Below are positions 38,377 through 47,872 of a stretch of 64,000 bases of DNA, piece by piece. The DNA is taken from assembly GCA_963711565.1 (NCBI GenBank), contig CAVQEQ010000003.1, positions 1,024,001-1,088,000 of the forward strand. The letters run 5' to 3'. Under the pieces are notes generated by a model. The model searched no databases. It was not told the DNA's origin and was given only the letters and a program-made list of their open reading frames with translations. The DNA is from an uncultured delta proteobacterium. Lineage in GTDB: Bacteria; Desulfobacterota; Binatia; Binatales; Binataceae. Numbering within the stretch: the stretch's first letter is position 1; each line of letters starts with the position of its first letter. The translations under genes were made by a program, and so were the position numbers.

Positions 38377-39324
38377 TTAGTAATTCACCCTTAATAGTCG
38401 CCTGATGGTGATGAGGGCGAGAATGTCCGAGCCGACCGCAAATTTCAAAATCTTCTGACCGGTCGGGTCATGGAACAGTTGATCGGTGTAGCTCGGTTGA
38501 ATCAAGCTGAACAGGAAAAGAACTACGACCGGCAGGCAGCCGACGACCATCCCGCCCAGCCGCGATTGCGCGGTCAGTGCGCGGATTTGCATCCGCAAGC
38601 GTTGCCTGGTTCGCACGATTTCGGATAGCCGCCCGACAATTTGCGCCAGACTCGAGCCGACTTCCGTTTGCACGCGCACCGCGACGACCAGCAGGCGTAG
38701 GTCGTCCTCCGGAACACGCTTGAGCATATCTTCGAGCGCTCGCGGCAGCGGCAGTCCGATCCGGTTCTGCTCGAGCACCGTGCGGAATTCGCTGCCGAGC
38801 GGATCGGCGAACTCGCTGACCAGAACTTGCAGCGCACGCTGCAGCGAGTGTCCGGCTTCGAGCGACGATTTGATCAAATCAAGCGCGAACGGCAACTGGG
38901 TTCCAAAGGCCTTCAAACGCCGCTTTTTGCGGAACTGGATGAAGAGCAGCGGCAGGATGGCGGCCAGCAGGCCGGTTGCCAGTGCGAACCACATGTCGTG
39001 GAAGAACAGATTACCGCCGAACAATCCCGCGCCGAACATCAACATGATGATCAGCAACATATCGCCGACCCGCATGTACATGCCCGCCTGCCACATCGCC
39101 TCTTCGAGGCTGCGCAGCAGGTTCATTTTGTACAGTGCGCCAAACAGTGCTCCCTCCTGGGGCCGCTGTTTGCGCATGACGTTGATCTCGATCTCGTCAG
39201 CGGGGCGGGTCAGGCGCCGGGCCACCTCGCGCGATTGCTCGACTTCGCTGCCGCGACTGCTGAAGAAGATCAGCATGCCGACGAAGACGAGCGCGAATAT
39301 GCCGCTTGCCATGAAAAAGTCCAT
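38377..39324 (-). CDS. tadB: Tad pilus inner-membrane platform protein TadB
   Basis: QLPFALDLIKSSLEAGHS, QTEVGSSLA, IRALTAQSRL. Confidence 0.92.
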   Translation of the reverse strand: MDFFMASGIFALVFVGMLIFFSSRGSEVEQSREVARRLTRPADEIEINVMRKQRPQEGALFGALYKMNLLRSLEEAMWQAGMYMRVGDMLLIIMLMFGAGLFGGNLFFHDMWFALATGLLAAILPLLFIQFRKKRRLKAFGTQLPFALDLIKSSLEAGHSLQRALQVLVSEFADPLGSEFRTVLEQNRIGLPLPRALEDMLKRVPEDDLRLLVVAVRVQTEVGSSLAQIVGRLSEIVRTRQRLRMQIRALTAQSRLGGMVVGCLPVVVLFLFSLIQPSYTDQLFHDPTGQKILKFAVGSDILALITIRRLLRVNY

Positions 39325-39330
39325 AGGTAT

Positions 39331-40707
39331 TTACCCAGCGGTGTTACGGAAGATTTTGCCGTCGAGTTTGTAGCCCGCAGCCTCGAGCCGCTGCGAGTAA
39401 GCTGAACGGATTCCGGTTGCGACAAACTGGCCAAGAACTTCGCCGCCGACCCCGATGCCGGTGCGCTTGAATTCGAACAAATCCTGCATCATCACCATCT
39501 CACCTTCCATTCCGCTGATCTCGGAGATGCGCAGTATTTTGCGGGAGCCGTCTGACAGGCGCGCAACGTGAACGATGATGTTGAGTGCCGATGCGATCTG
39601 CTGACGCATCGCGCGCTGCGGAATCTGTACGCCCGACAGCAGCATCATCATCTCGAAACGTCCCAAGCTGTCGCGCGGAGTATTGGCGTGGATGGTTGCG
39701 ATTGAACCGTCATGACCGGTCGACATCGCCTGCAACATGTCGAACACTTCGCCGCCGCGGACTTCGCCGACGATTATGCGGTCAGGCCGCATACGCAGCG
39801 TGTTCTTCACCAGGTCGCGCTGGCTGACTTCGCCCTTGCCTTCGACGTTGGCCGGCCGCGTTTCGAGCCTGACCACGTGCGGTTGCTGAAGCATCAATTC
39901 CGCGGAGTCTTCGATCGTTACAATTCGCTCGTCGGCGGGGACGAACAGCGACATGCAGTTGAGCATGGTCGTTTTGCCTGAGCCGGTACCGCCGCAAATC
40001 AGGATGTTGAGCCGCGCCCGCACTATGGTGCGCAGGAACTCGACGATCTCGGGCACCACCGTTTTCTTCTCGACCAGGTCGTCAACGTTGTAGCGCTTGC
40101 GGCCGAATCGACGAATCGAGAGCGCCGGACCGTCGAGCGCCAGCGGCGGAATGATCGCATTGATACGCGAACCGTCGGGCAACCGCGCGTCAACCATCGG
40201 CGACGCTTCGTCAACCCGGCGTCCGACCTGCGAGACGATTCGATCGATGATCAGCATCAAGTGCTGATCGTCCTGGAACTTGACCTCGGTGGCGTGGAGC
40301 TTGCCGCGCTTTTCGACGTAAACCTGGTTGTGTCCGTTGACCAGGATATCGGTGATCTCATCGTCCCACAAAAGCGGCTCGAGCGGCCCGAGTCCGAGCA
40401 GCTCGTTTTTGATTTCTTCTATAAGATGAGTCTTGTCGGTGTCGGTGAGCAGCCGTCCCTCGTCGTCGAGAATGGCGGAGATCGCCTCGGTGACTTTCTG
40501 CGCGGCGAGCACCGGCTCGAGGCTTTCAAGCCGCGTAACGTCGAGCATCTCGAACAGACGATTGTGGACAGCGAGCTTGAGCTGCTGAAATCCCTCGGCC
40601 TGCGAGTCTTTGACCGTACGCTTTGGAGTGCCATTGCTCATCAGCGAACGCTGAAACGGGACTGGCGCCGTGGTGTTCTGCTGCGAGATCCTTTCAAGGA
40701 GCTTCAT
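39331..40707 (-). CDS. cpaF: Tad pilus assembly ATPase CpaF/TadA
   Basis: [58 protein letters not shown]. Confidence 0.96.
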   Translation of the reverse strand: MKLLERISQQNTTAPVPFQRSLMSNGTPKRTVKDSQAEGFQQLKLAVHNRLFEMLDVTRLESLEPVLAAQKVTEAISAILDDEGRLLTDTDKTHLIEEIKNELLGLGPLEPLLWDDEITDILVNGHNQVYVEKRGKLHATEVKFQDDQHLMLIIDRIVSQVGRRVDEASPMVDARLPDGSRINAIIPPLALDGPALSIRRFGRKRYNVDDLVEKKTVVPEIVEFLRTIVRARLNILICGGTGSGKTTMLNCMSLFVPADERIVTIEDSAELMLQQPHVVRLETRPANVEGKGEVSQRDLVKNTLRMRPDRIIVGEVRGGEVFDMLQAMSTGHDGSIATIHANTPRDSLGRFEMMMLLSGVQIPQRAMRQQIASALNIIVHVARLSDGSRKILRISEISGMEGEMVMMQDLFEFKRTGIGVGGEVLGQFVATGIRSAYSQRLEAAGYKLDGKIFRNTAG

Positions 40708-40716
40708 TGTTGTACC

Positions 40717-41940
40717 TCAACTGCGCGCACCGATAACGTTCAACAGGCGCGAGACTAAAGAATTCGAGGAATCAGCGTCAGCGGTTTCGTTGCCCACCTC
40801 GAGTCGTCGCGCCAGATCCTCAACGCTCTTGGCCAGCGGTGAGTTTGGCGCCACCTGCCACAAATCCTGCGCGCTCAGCTGCACTCGCTCGAGAACTTTC
40901 TCGTCGCGCGGAATCCGCGTGTGAATCGCCTTTGCCAGAGTATGGCTCAACTGGTCTTCAGTTATCGGATGACCCGGCACGAAGCGGCTTAGAATGAAGT
41001 TCGGTTCCACCCCTTGCAACCCCAACCGTCCTACCAGATCGACGAATCGCCATGCGCATCGCGCGGCGCCGATCGACTGGTCGAGCACATAAAAAAGATG
41101 ACTCGAGCGCTCCCAGGCCGCGACCGTGTTCGAGTCGATATGCGTGCCGCAGTCCACGATCACGAAATCGAACAGCTGGCGCATCAGATCGAGCGTCGCA
41201 CCGATCGTCGCGTCGCTGACCAACTCGCTGTCCTCGATCCGCTTGGGCGCCGCGAGCAGGTAAATTCCCGACGCATGCTTGCTGAGCGCCGATTCGAGTT
41301 GAATCGAATCCAGCTTCCGCGTTCCCTCCGTCAGCGTCATGATCGTGCGCTCGGGCTCGAGATTCAAAAACACCGAGAGCCCACCCGTCTGCAAGTCGAG
41401 ATCGACTACCGCAACCCGCTTGTCGAAGGCGTAGCGCAGGGCCAAGCCGAGGTTTGCCGTGAGGCTCGTCACGCCAGTGCCGCCTATGAGGCTCACCAGC
41501 GAGATGATCGTTCCGCCACCGACGTGAACTTCTTCGCGGCGGCGGGTTTCGCTTATCTTGAGGAGCGCGCGGGTGGCGTCGCCGGGATCGAGTGGCAGGA
41601 ACAGGAGCTCGTCGGCTCCCGCCCTCAGCACCCGCTTCATTAGATCGGGGGAACGATCGTGCAGCAGCGCAAAAAGAGCCGGACGAGGCGCTTGCACCGC
41701 CCGGGTGTTGAGATAACTCAGTGAGAGTTCGTCGTTGCCGTTGAACACCACCATCGTTACGTCGAAGTTAACGTCGGTAGGTGCGTCGGGGTCTGGTTCG
41801 ATCTCGTTGATGTTCAGCACGGGGTCGCCCAAGGCGGCCAAAGCGTCCCGGACCTCTGTCCGATGATCGTCGCTTTGGCCAACCAATTGGACTTTCAGTC
41901 CACCGTGGCGTCCATCATTTTTTTTACCGAGCGATGACAC
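40717..41940 (-). CDS. cpaE: Pilus localisation ATPase-like protein CpaE/TadZ
   Basis: Receiver-like N-terminus (LRAGADELL); degenerate MinD-type P-loop GGTGVTS; VDLDLQTG. Confidence 0.88.
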   Translation of the reverse strand: MSSLGKKNDGRHGGLKVQLVGQSDDHRTEVRDALAALGDPVLNINEIEPDPDAPTDVNFDVTMVVFNGNDELSLSYLNTRAVQAPRPALFALLHDRSPDLMKRVLRAGADELLFLPLDPGDATRALLKISETRRREEVHVGGGTIISLVSLIGGTGVTSLTANLGLALRYAFDKRVAVVDLDLQTGGLSVFLNLEPERTIMTLTEGTRKLDSIQLESALSKHASGIYLLAAPKRIEDSELVSDATIGATLDLMRQLFDFVIVDCGTHIDSNTVAAWERSSHLFYVLDQSIGAARCAWRFVDLVGRLGLQGVEPNFILSRFVPGHPITEDQLSHTLAKAIHTRIPRDEKVLERVQLSAQDLWQVAPNSPLAKSVEDLARRLEVGNETADADSSNSLVSRLLNVIGARS

Positions 41941-42017
41941 TTCACACTCTCCCTGCTTCAGCTATGCAGTGCCATATCATGCACTAAATACCCGGCTATG
42001 TCTTGTCCTCCGTCGAA

Positions 42018-43925
42018 CTAAAATCTCGGTCGCGATGCGTCAGGCTGCGCCAGACGACGGGTTTCGATCTGTTGAGTCGTCAGATCGGGCACCTGAGTCG
42101 GGTTGTAAACCGACGCGCCATCGGGCAGCGGCTGCACGATTTGCGGGGTGACGCTCATCACCAGGTCGGTTTCGGTGTTTGAATAGCTCGTGTTGCGGAA
42201 CAGTCCGCCCAGATACGGCACGTCACCGAGGTATGGGACTTTCTGAACCTGGGTCTTCTTTTCATGCAGGATCAGGCCCGCGATGATCAGGGTCTGATTG
42301 TCTTTGAGCTGCACCAGCGTCTCCGCGCGCCGAGTCACGAATGCCGGCACGGTGAAGCCGAACAACTCGACGCCCTCTGCGAAGTCGGGCTCCGATACTT
42401 CAGGCTTAACCAGCAACTCGATGTCATTGCGGCCGACGACGGTCGGTACGAATTCAACCGAAGTGCCGAACTGCTTGAAGACGATCGAGGTGTTCAATGC
42501 CTGCGCGACCACGATCGGAATTTCGCCACCCGACAGGAACTTCGCCTCTTCTCCGGAATTGGCCAGCAGATGGGGCTGCGCGAGAATCTTCGCGAGCTGA
42601 TGGTCCTCGAGGTACTGGAAAAATCCCTGGACCGCGTAGTTACTGTTCCCGGCAGCCAAACCATAGGTCATCCCCTGCGAAAGGATCAAATCGGTCAGCG
42701 CTCCACCCGGTTCCAGCGATTGGCTGACTGAAGAAACCACTCCGGAAGGTGATGTGATGCTGGCCGTCGGGGAAAAAGGCGTCGCGACCGCGCCCGGCAG
42801 ACCGACCAGCGACACTCCCGCATGGCTCAGCGCCGCCGCCAGGTTGGTGCCCTGATTCTCGATTGCGGACCGGTCCAGTTCGGCCACCATCGTGCTGAGC
42901 AATACCTGCTGTTTGCCGTTGGGATCGATTCGCACCGGGCGCTCTTCGTATTGGCCCTGCGCATCCCAAATCGCCAGCGTGGTGAAGCCCGGTTTATGGC
43001 CGATAAGATTGATCTGGAACGGATTGATTACCTGGATGTCCGCAATCGTCGTATCGGCGATCGAGACGCGGCGCAGCTTTACCGGAAAGTCGATAATTCT
43101 CGACGCACTCGTCTGCAGCTGCACGCCATCATCGGGCAGGTAATGCCGTCCGCCTGTAATCGCACCCGAGTGCAGCTCGCCCCCGTTCAAAGTGACGGAA
43201 GGATCGACCCGATAGCGCTCGTTCGATAACGCTGCCGAGGCCGTCTGACCCGACGCAGGAGGCGTAGAAGCATAGGTGGCAGCCGGAACCGATGGATAAA
43301 AGTCGAAGTTCGAGTGATTCACCGGAGGCGGAGGGACTGCGCTGGATGATCCCGTCGCCGTCACCGGCTCAGGAGCTCCTGGCGCGGCCGCTGCGACCGT
43401 TTCCGTCGTGGTCGTGTAAGTCGCGGCCGATGAGGATGGAGCAGACGACGAAGAAGATGCCGACGATGAAGCCACCGGGCCCGTGCCCGAATCCATCTTG
43501 GCGAGTACCGGTGGGGCCGTGGAACCGGTGGTCGCGCCGCTGCCCGTGATTGGTCCCGGGCTCATCCCGGGATGATTGATGTCGTTGATATTGCCGATTG
43601 CTCTCACCGTCACGTCATACTTGATGGTGCTGCCATCGGTGGTCTTGACCGCAATGGTCCATTCTCCCGCGTCTGCGCCCACCAGCACGACTTTGCCCGG
43701 TGCGTTGTTTACCACCAGCGCGTGCGGATTATTAACCACGGTCACGGCCGGCGTTTCGCCGGGGCCGACGTTATTGATGATGTAGCTCTCACCCTTGTCC
43801 AGGGAGAGAGACATTATCGTGGCTTCGTCGGCAAACAGCAGGCCGGGCCGAAGCATGAGTATGCTGACAGCCGCGACCAGCCATGGAAGCAATCCATGTC
43901 GTCGTTTCAATTCCATCTTCTTCAC
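42018..43925 (-). CDS. cpaC: Tad secretin CpaC/RcpA
   Basis: Signal peptide; RRVSIADTTIAD, LAQPHLLANSGEEAKFLSGGEIP, KVPYLGDVPYLGGLFR. Confidence 0.92.
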   Translation of the reverse strand: MKKMELKRRHGLLPWLVAAVSILMLRPGLLFADEATIMSLSLDKGESYIINNVGPGETPAVTVVNNPHALVVNNAPGKVVLVGADAGEWTIAVKTTDGSTIKYDVTVRAIGNINDINHPGMSPGPITGSGATTGSTAPPVLAKMDSGTGPVASSSASSSSSAPSSSAATYTTTTETVAAAAPGAPEPVTATGSSSAVPPPPVNHSNFDFYPSVPAATYASTPPASGQTASAALSNERYRVDPSVTLNGGELHSGAITGGRHYLPDDGVQLQTSASRIIDFPVKLRRVSIADTTIADIQVINPFQINLIGHKPGFTTLAIWDAQGQYEERPVRIDPNGKQQVLLSTMVAELDRSAIENQGTNLAAALSHAGVSLVGLPGAVATPFSPTASITSPSGVVSSVSQSLEPGGALTDLILSQGMTYGLAAGNSNYAVQGFFQYLEDHQLAKILAQPHLLANSGEEAKFLSGGEIPIVVAQALNTSIVFKQFGTSVEFVPTVVGRNDIELLVKPEVSEPDFAEGVELFGFTVPAFVTRRAETLVQLKDNQTLIIAGLILHEKKTQVQKVPYLGDVPYLGGLFRNTSYSNTETDLVMSVTPQIVQPLPDGASVYNPTQVPDLTTQQIETRRLAQPDASRPRF

Positions 43926-43946
43926 CTCGTCCTCCTCGCGGCTCGC

Positions 43947-45047
43947 TTAAGGTATGTCGATCGTCTTTGGCGTCGGCAGGTGATCCGGCGTCGTGTTCGG
44001 CGCGCCGACGGGAGCAACGAGCGGCGATGCCAGATCGTGATGCTCGGGCTCGGGAGCGCTCGCCACCGTCGTTGAACCTGTCGCATCGGTGTCGGCGCCG
44101 GCATCCGTCGCGTCGTCATCGCTATCGTCGTTGGCCTTCATCGCGGCCTTGCGGATGTGGTTCGCTGACTTGCTCGAACCCTCGAAATCCGCCGCCGCTT
44201 CATTCACAAACGACACTGACTCGGACGACTTGCCGTTGCGAAGAATTTCGATCTCGACCGGCTTCGGCCGATGCGCCACGACAATGTGATGAGGTTCGGG
44301 CTGAACCGCCATCACGGGAACGTCGGGTGCCAGGCTGTACGCCCGCAGCATCTGCGAAACGTCGCTGCCACTGGTCAGAACGATCTTGTTATCATTGTAA
44401 TTGCGCATCGCCAGCCGCAGCGTTCCCGAGTGACTCGCCAGCGCCAGCCGCTCGGACTCCTGCGGAGTCACCAGCAGCGTGACGACTTTCACGATTTCCG
44501 GCTCGTCCTTCTTCTGTTCGACTTCCTGCGCTACCGCGAGCACTTCGACGTTCTGCAGAATTACCTTTGAGAACGCCTTGTTGTCTGCCCCTTCCGAAGT
44601 GGTCGCGACCAGCACGTCTACCCGGGTATGCGGCAGCACGAAGCCCGCGACGTCGCTGACTTCATCGACTGGAACCGACACTGCGCGCATCCCGAACGGA
44701 ATCAACAACGGCATTACGCCCGCCGTCTTGTCCCCGGTGAACAGCTTGGCCTGCACGATCGGCTCGTTGGCAACGAGCGAGTTCTTCACGTAACTGCCAA
44801 GAACCTGCTTGGGATCGGTGTACGCGCCATCGGGCAGACTGTCCGCCGACCAGCGCGCCAATTTGACTTCGCCCACATCGATCTTGGTACCGAGCGGAAG
44901 ATCGTATGCCGCAACCACCACCTCGACATTGTGCGACATGGCGTTGGCAACTTCGGCTTCCCTCCGCTTCAAGGCGGAGTACACCATTACCGAAGCCAGC
45001 ATCGCCGCCAGCCCCGCGAGCAAGACGAATACCATCGGTCGTCTCAT
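43947..45047 (-). CDS. cpaB: Flp pilus assembly protein CpaB/RcpC
   Basis: SAF domain VVVAAYDLPLG, GMRAVSVPVDEVSDVAGFVLP..RVDV, LQNVEVLA, VTLLVTP. Confidence 0.93.
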   Translation of the reverse strand: MRRPMVFVLLAGLAAMLASVMVYSALKRREAEVANAMSHNVEVVVAAYDLPLGTKIDVGEVKLARWSADSLPDGAYTDPKQVLGSYVKNSLVANEPIVQAKLFTGDKTAGVMPLLIPFGMRAVSVPVDEVSDVAGFVLPHTRVDVLVATTSEGADNKAFSKVILQNVEVLAVAQEVEQKKDEPEIVKVVTLLVTPQESERLALASHSGTLRLAMRNYNDNKIVLTSGSDVSQMLRAYSLAPDVPVMAVQPEPHHIVVAHRPKPVEIEILRNGKSSESVSFVNEAAADFEGSSKSANHIRKAAMKANDDSDDDATDAGADTDATGSTTVASAPEPEHHDLASPLVAPVGAPNTTPDHLPTPKTIDIP

Positions 45048-45289
45048 ATCACCCCTCCCCTCCGGCCGCGCGTGGCAGGCCGGCTATCTTCAAATAATAG
45101 TTGAGCACTGTAGCATCTTGTAAGGCTTAATAGGAGCCTCAGTAATATTCAGGCTGGCGATCGAACTGATTAGCAAATTCGAGCCAGAAATAAGCGTATT
45201 TATAATAAATTTAGTCTGAAGATTGCTCTTGTGGAGATGAATGGAATCTGCCGTCGTCATAAACTTTCCCAGAATACCGCGGTGCCTGA

Positions 45290-45457
45290 CTAAAACAGCG
45301 TACACACGTTGTTGACTAATGAATCGAGGATAGTGCTCGCATTCTGGTAAAGGGCCGCCGCTACGAGCGCAATCGTTGCAAGTATCAGCGCGTACTCGGC
45401 CATGGTCTGACCGCGCGGAGTTACTGTTGGCTTACAAACTCCCTTCAGGCGGCTCAT
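45290..45457 (-). CDS. flp: Flp pilin 4 (divergent)
   Basis: RG|QTMAEYALIL motif; ATG 45457 with GGAGG. Confidence 0.82.
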   Translation of the reverse strand: MSRLKGVCKPTVTPRGQTMAEYALILATIALVAAALYQNASTILDSLVNNVCTLF

Positions 45458-45497
45458 TGACGTCCCCTCCCCAGGGTGGTCGCGATTCCTTAGTGAA

Positions 45498-45531
45498 CTC
45501 CAGGCGGGGGCCATGCAGCCCCCGCCTGGAG
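45498..45531. terminator. Strong hairpin after flp3 (attenuator or mRNA stabiliser)
   Basis: CTCCAGGCGGGGGC / GCCCCCGCCTGGAG inverted repeat; only a weak U tail. Confidence 0.55.
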
Positions 45532-45563
45532 ACATTCCCGACGACCGTCAGGCCAGTGACCGA

Positions 45564-45734
45564 TTACAGGCTTCCGTCCACCGACGAAAGCAGGGTGGTA
45601 ATGGTCGTGCCCATCGTCTCGTAGCCGACGAACACCACTACCGCCACCGCTGCCAGGATCAGTGCGTATTCGGCCATGGTCTGTCCGCGATTGAACTCAC
45701 GCGCCCGTACTACCAACTTCGTGATCGCATTCAT
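45564..45734 (-). CDS. flp: Flp pilin 3 (not in ORF track)
   Basis: MNAITKLVVRAREFNRG|QTMAEYALILAAVAVVVFVGYETMGTTITTLLSSVDGSL. Confidence 0.92.
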   Translation of the reverse strand: MNAITKLVVRAREFNRGQTMAEYALILAAVAVVVFVGYETMGTTITTLLSSVDGSL

Positions 45735-45821
45735 ACTTCCTTTCCCTCCTCGACTCGTTCGTGTTTTTTCAGCTGGGTGGCGTACAGATTAGTCCGCCAC
45801 CCAGCATTTTACCCTGTCGAA

Positions 45822-45992
45822 TTAGAGCTTCCCGTCCACGCTGCTCAGCAGTGTGGTGATGGTCGTGCCCATGGTCTCGTAGCCGATGAAAACCACCACC
45901 GCCACTGCGGCCAGGATCAGCGCGTACTCGGCCATCGTCTGACCGCGCTGATACTCGCGCGCCCGTACAACTAACTTCGTGATTGCGTCCAT
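45822..45992 (-). CDS. flp: Flp pilin 2 (not in ORF track)
   Basis: MDAITKLVVRAREYQRG|QTMAEYALILAAVAVVVFIGYETMGTTITTLLSSVDGKL. Confidence 0.92.
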   Translation of the reverse strand: MDAITKLVVRAREYQRGQTMAEYALILAAVAVVVFIGYETMGTTITTLLSSVDGKL

Positions 45993-46090
45993 TCGTTTTT
46001 TCTCCTCCGCGTCGTAATTTTTGTGTCCGCACTTGTTTGGGGGGGGGGCGGATGGGTTAGTCCGCCACCCCGGATTTCACCCTTCTAGAA

Positions 46091-46261
46091 TTAGAGCTTC
46101 CCGTCCACGCTGCTTAGCAGTGTGGTGATGGTCGTGCCCATGGTCTCGTAGCCGATGAAAACCACCACCGCCACTGCGGCGAGGATCAGCGCATACTCGG
46201 CCATCGTCTGGCCGCGCTGATACTCGCGCGCTTTCACAAACATCCTCGTGATCTTGTCCAT
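46091..46261 (-). CDS. flp: Flp pilin 1
   Basis: MDKITRMFVKAREYQRG|QTMAEYALILAAVAVVVFIGYETMGTTITTLLSSVDGKL. RBS AGGAGG. Confidence 0.93.
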   Translation of the reverse strand: MDKITRMFVKAREYQRGQTMAEYALILAAVAVVVFIGYETMGTTITTLLSSVDGKL

Positions 46262-46449
46262 TTGTCCCGCGTCCTCCTTCATTCTGTTGTTGGCCGAAAT
46301 TGGCCATTGTCCCCGCTAGTTATTTCGACCTTCCTCCAACTTGCGCTGCGGTCCGGTGGCGCGAGCTGGATCCCCAGTGCATTCTCCCCGACGACGAAGA
46401 CGAGCTTCGTTTGCGGCAACTTTACTGTGCCAAAGCGAGACTTATCGTG

Positions 46450-46465
46450 AGCATCTCTCGTGCCA
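46450..46465 (-). promoter_or_regulatory. Sigma54 promoter of the flp/tad operon
   Basis: TGGCAC-GAGAG-ATGCT with correct GG/GC spacing; AT-rich region upstream at 46540-46700. Confidence 0.7.
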
Positions 46466-46730
46466 TCATGATCTATTGAGCAATTTCTTCGACTTTTTCG
46501 GTTCAAGGCAAATTACGCTAGCCGCAGTGATGCAACTGTTGGTTGCGAACCCGCAACAGAATAAGGCACAAAGAGCGTATCTTTGGAACGTTAAGAAAGT
46601 CAAAGAGGCGTAAACTTAATATAGATAAATTAAGCTACAAACAACTATATGTAGTAGTAGCCCTGCATCCAACCACTAAATCGCTAAACGACACATGTTT
46701 TCTGCGAGCTTTTTCGAGAGAGTGACCACT

Positions 46731-47111
46731 CTAGTCGACAGCGTCGAACACGATCAGATCCCCGGCCTGCGTCGAACTCTCGTCCGACGCGCCGGCCGGG
46801 AGCTCCAGCGCTCTTCGCGCACCGAATACGACCGACGATACCCGCCACGGCTCGAGCCGCCGATTGATCTTGATGACCGCGTTATTTCGCCCGAGAAAAA
46901 CGATGTCGATCGCGAAGCGCATGAAGAACATATGCATCCACATGAATGGGGTGAAGCGCCCGTTCTCGAAGAGCATCCCCGTCCCCGGCTCGAGGCCCTC
47001 GCGACCCAGCAGGCCGCGGTTCTGGCCTGCGCGACCGCCGGCATTCTCGAGTCGCGCGCATAACACGGTCCCGCGGGTCTGGTTCGTCGCTCGGACCAGA
47101 GCTTGATTCAT
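46731..47111 (-). CDS. DUF192 family protein
   Basis: RGLLGR..L..G.GMLF, MHMFFMRFAIDIVFL, ALELPAG. Confidence 0.9.
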   Translation of the reverse strand: MNQALVRATNQTRGTVLCARLENAGGRAGQNRGLLGREGLEPGTGMLFENGRFTPFMWMHMFFMRFAIDIVFLGRNNAVIKINRRLEPWRVSSVVFGARRALELPAGASDESSTQAGDLIVFDAVD

Positions 47112-47177
47112 CGACGGCGCATCGGGCGATTGGGACTGTCTCATTACGTCATCATGTAATAAAATCGCGGAAGTTTC

Positions 47178-47858
47178 ATGGGATACATTCCGATATTTCT
47201 CGACGTGACGGGCCGCGAATGTGTGGTGGTCGGTGGCGGCGAGGTCGCCGTGCGCAAAGTTGAGTCGCTGCTCGAGGCCGGCGCGCGCGTGACTGTCGTG
47301 AGCCCGCGCTTGTCGCCGCCACTGGAAGCATTAGTTGCCCGCGGCCGCGTGGCGCACATCGCTCGTAATTATGAGCGCGGCGACATCCGCGGATGCGCGC
47401 TCGTACAAGCCGCGACCGACGATCCAAAGCTGCAGCGTGAACTGGCCGCCGAGGCGCGCGCGCTCGGAATTCCGGTAAACGTCGCCGACGTGCCGGAGTT
47501 GTGCACGTTCATCGCGCCCGCGGTTGTGAAACGCGGCGCGCTTCAAATCGCAATCTCGACGGGTGGTGCGTCACCGGCGTTTGCAGCGCGTATGAGACGC
47601 ACGCTGGAGGATCAGTTTGGGAACGAGTACGCGCTCACGCTCGAAGTGCTGCATGCGGCGCGCCGGCGGCTGCGCGCCGAGGAAATCGATCCAGCAGAGC
47701 GGATGCGCCGGCTGAAGGACCTCGCCAACTCGGCGCTGGTCGATGCGATCGCCTCAGGTGACGTGGCGGCTGTCGAAAGAATCCTCGCTACTCATCTTGG
47801 CGATGGTGTAGATCTGGCTGCGCTGGGACTCTCGCACGCAATGGGGCTTCGCGACTGA
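47178..47858 (+). CDS. sirC: Precorrin-2 dehydrogenase/sirohydrochlorin ferrochelatase (CysG N-terminal/SirC)
   Basis: YIPIFLD, VVGGGEVAVRK, AATDD, VNVADVPELCTF, AISTGGASP. Confidence 0.92.
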   Translation: MGYIPIFLDVTGRECVVVGGGEVAVRKVESLLEAGARVTVVSPRLSPPLEALVARGRVAHIARNYERGDIRGCALVQAATDDPKLQRELAAEARALGIPVNVADVPELCTFIAPAVVKRGALQIAISTGGASPAFAARMRRTLEDQFGNEYALTLEVLHAARRRLRAEEIDPAERMRRLKDLANSALVDAIASGDVAAVERILATHLGDGVDLAALGLSHAMGLRD

Positions 47859-47872
47859 CCAGTCTTTTGCCG

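Noticed and set aside
41958-41974. TGGCAC upstream of cpaE as an internal sigma54 promoter
   Set aside because: GG-to-GC spacing is one base short. The TGGCAC at 46427-46432 is also mis-spaced.
45090-45305. 71-aa ORF between flp4 and cpaB
   Set aside because: AT-rich, atypical codons, no clear RBS and no similarity to CpaA or TadE; treated as non-coding.
45564-46261. flp repeats as a CRISPR array or DGR template/variable repeat
   Set aside because: They are coding paralogs with mostly synonymous, non-adenine-specific differences; no cas or reverse transcriptase gene nearby.
34661-47100. Integrative island at tRNA-Asn carrying tad
   Set aside because: No integrase and no duplicated tRNA 3' end seen in the window.
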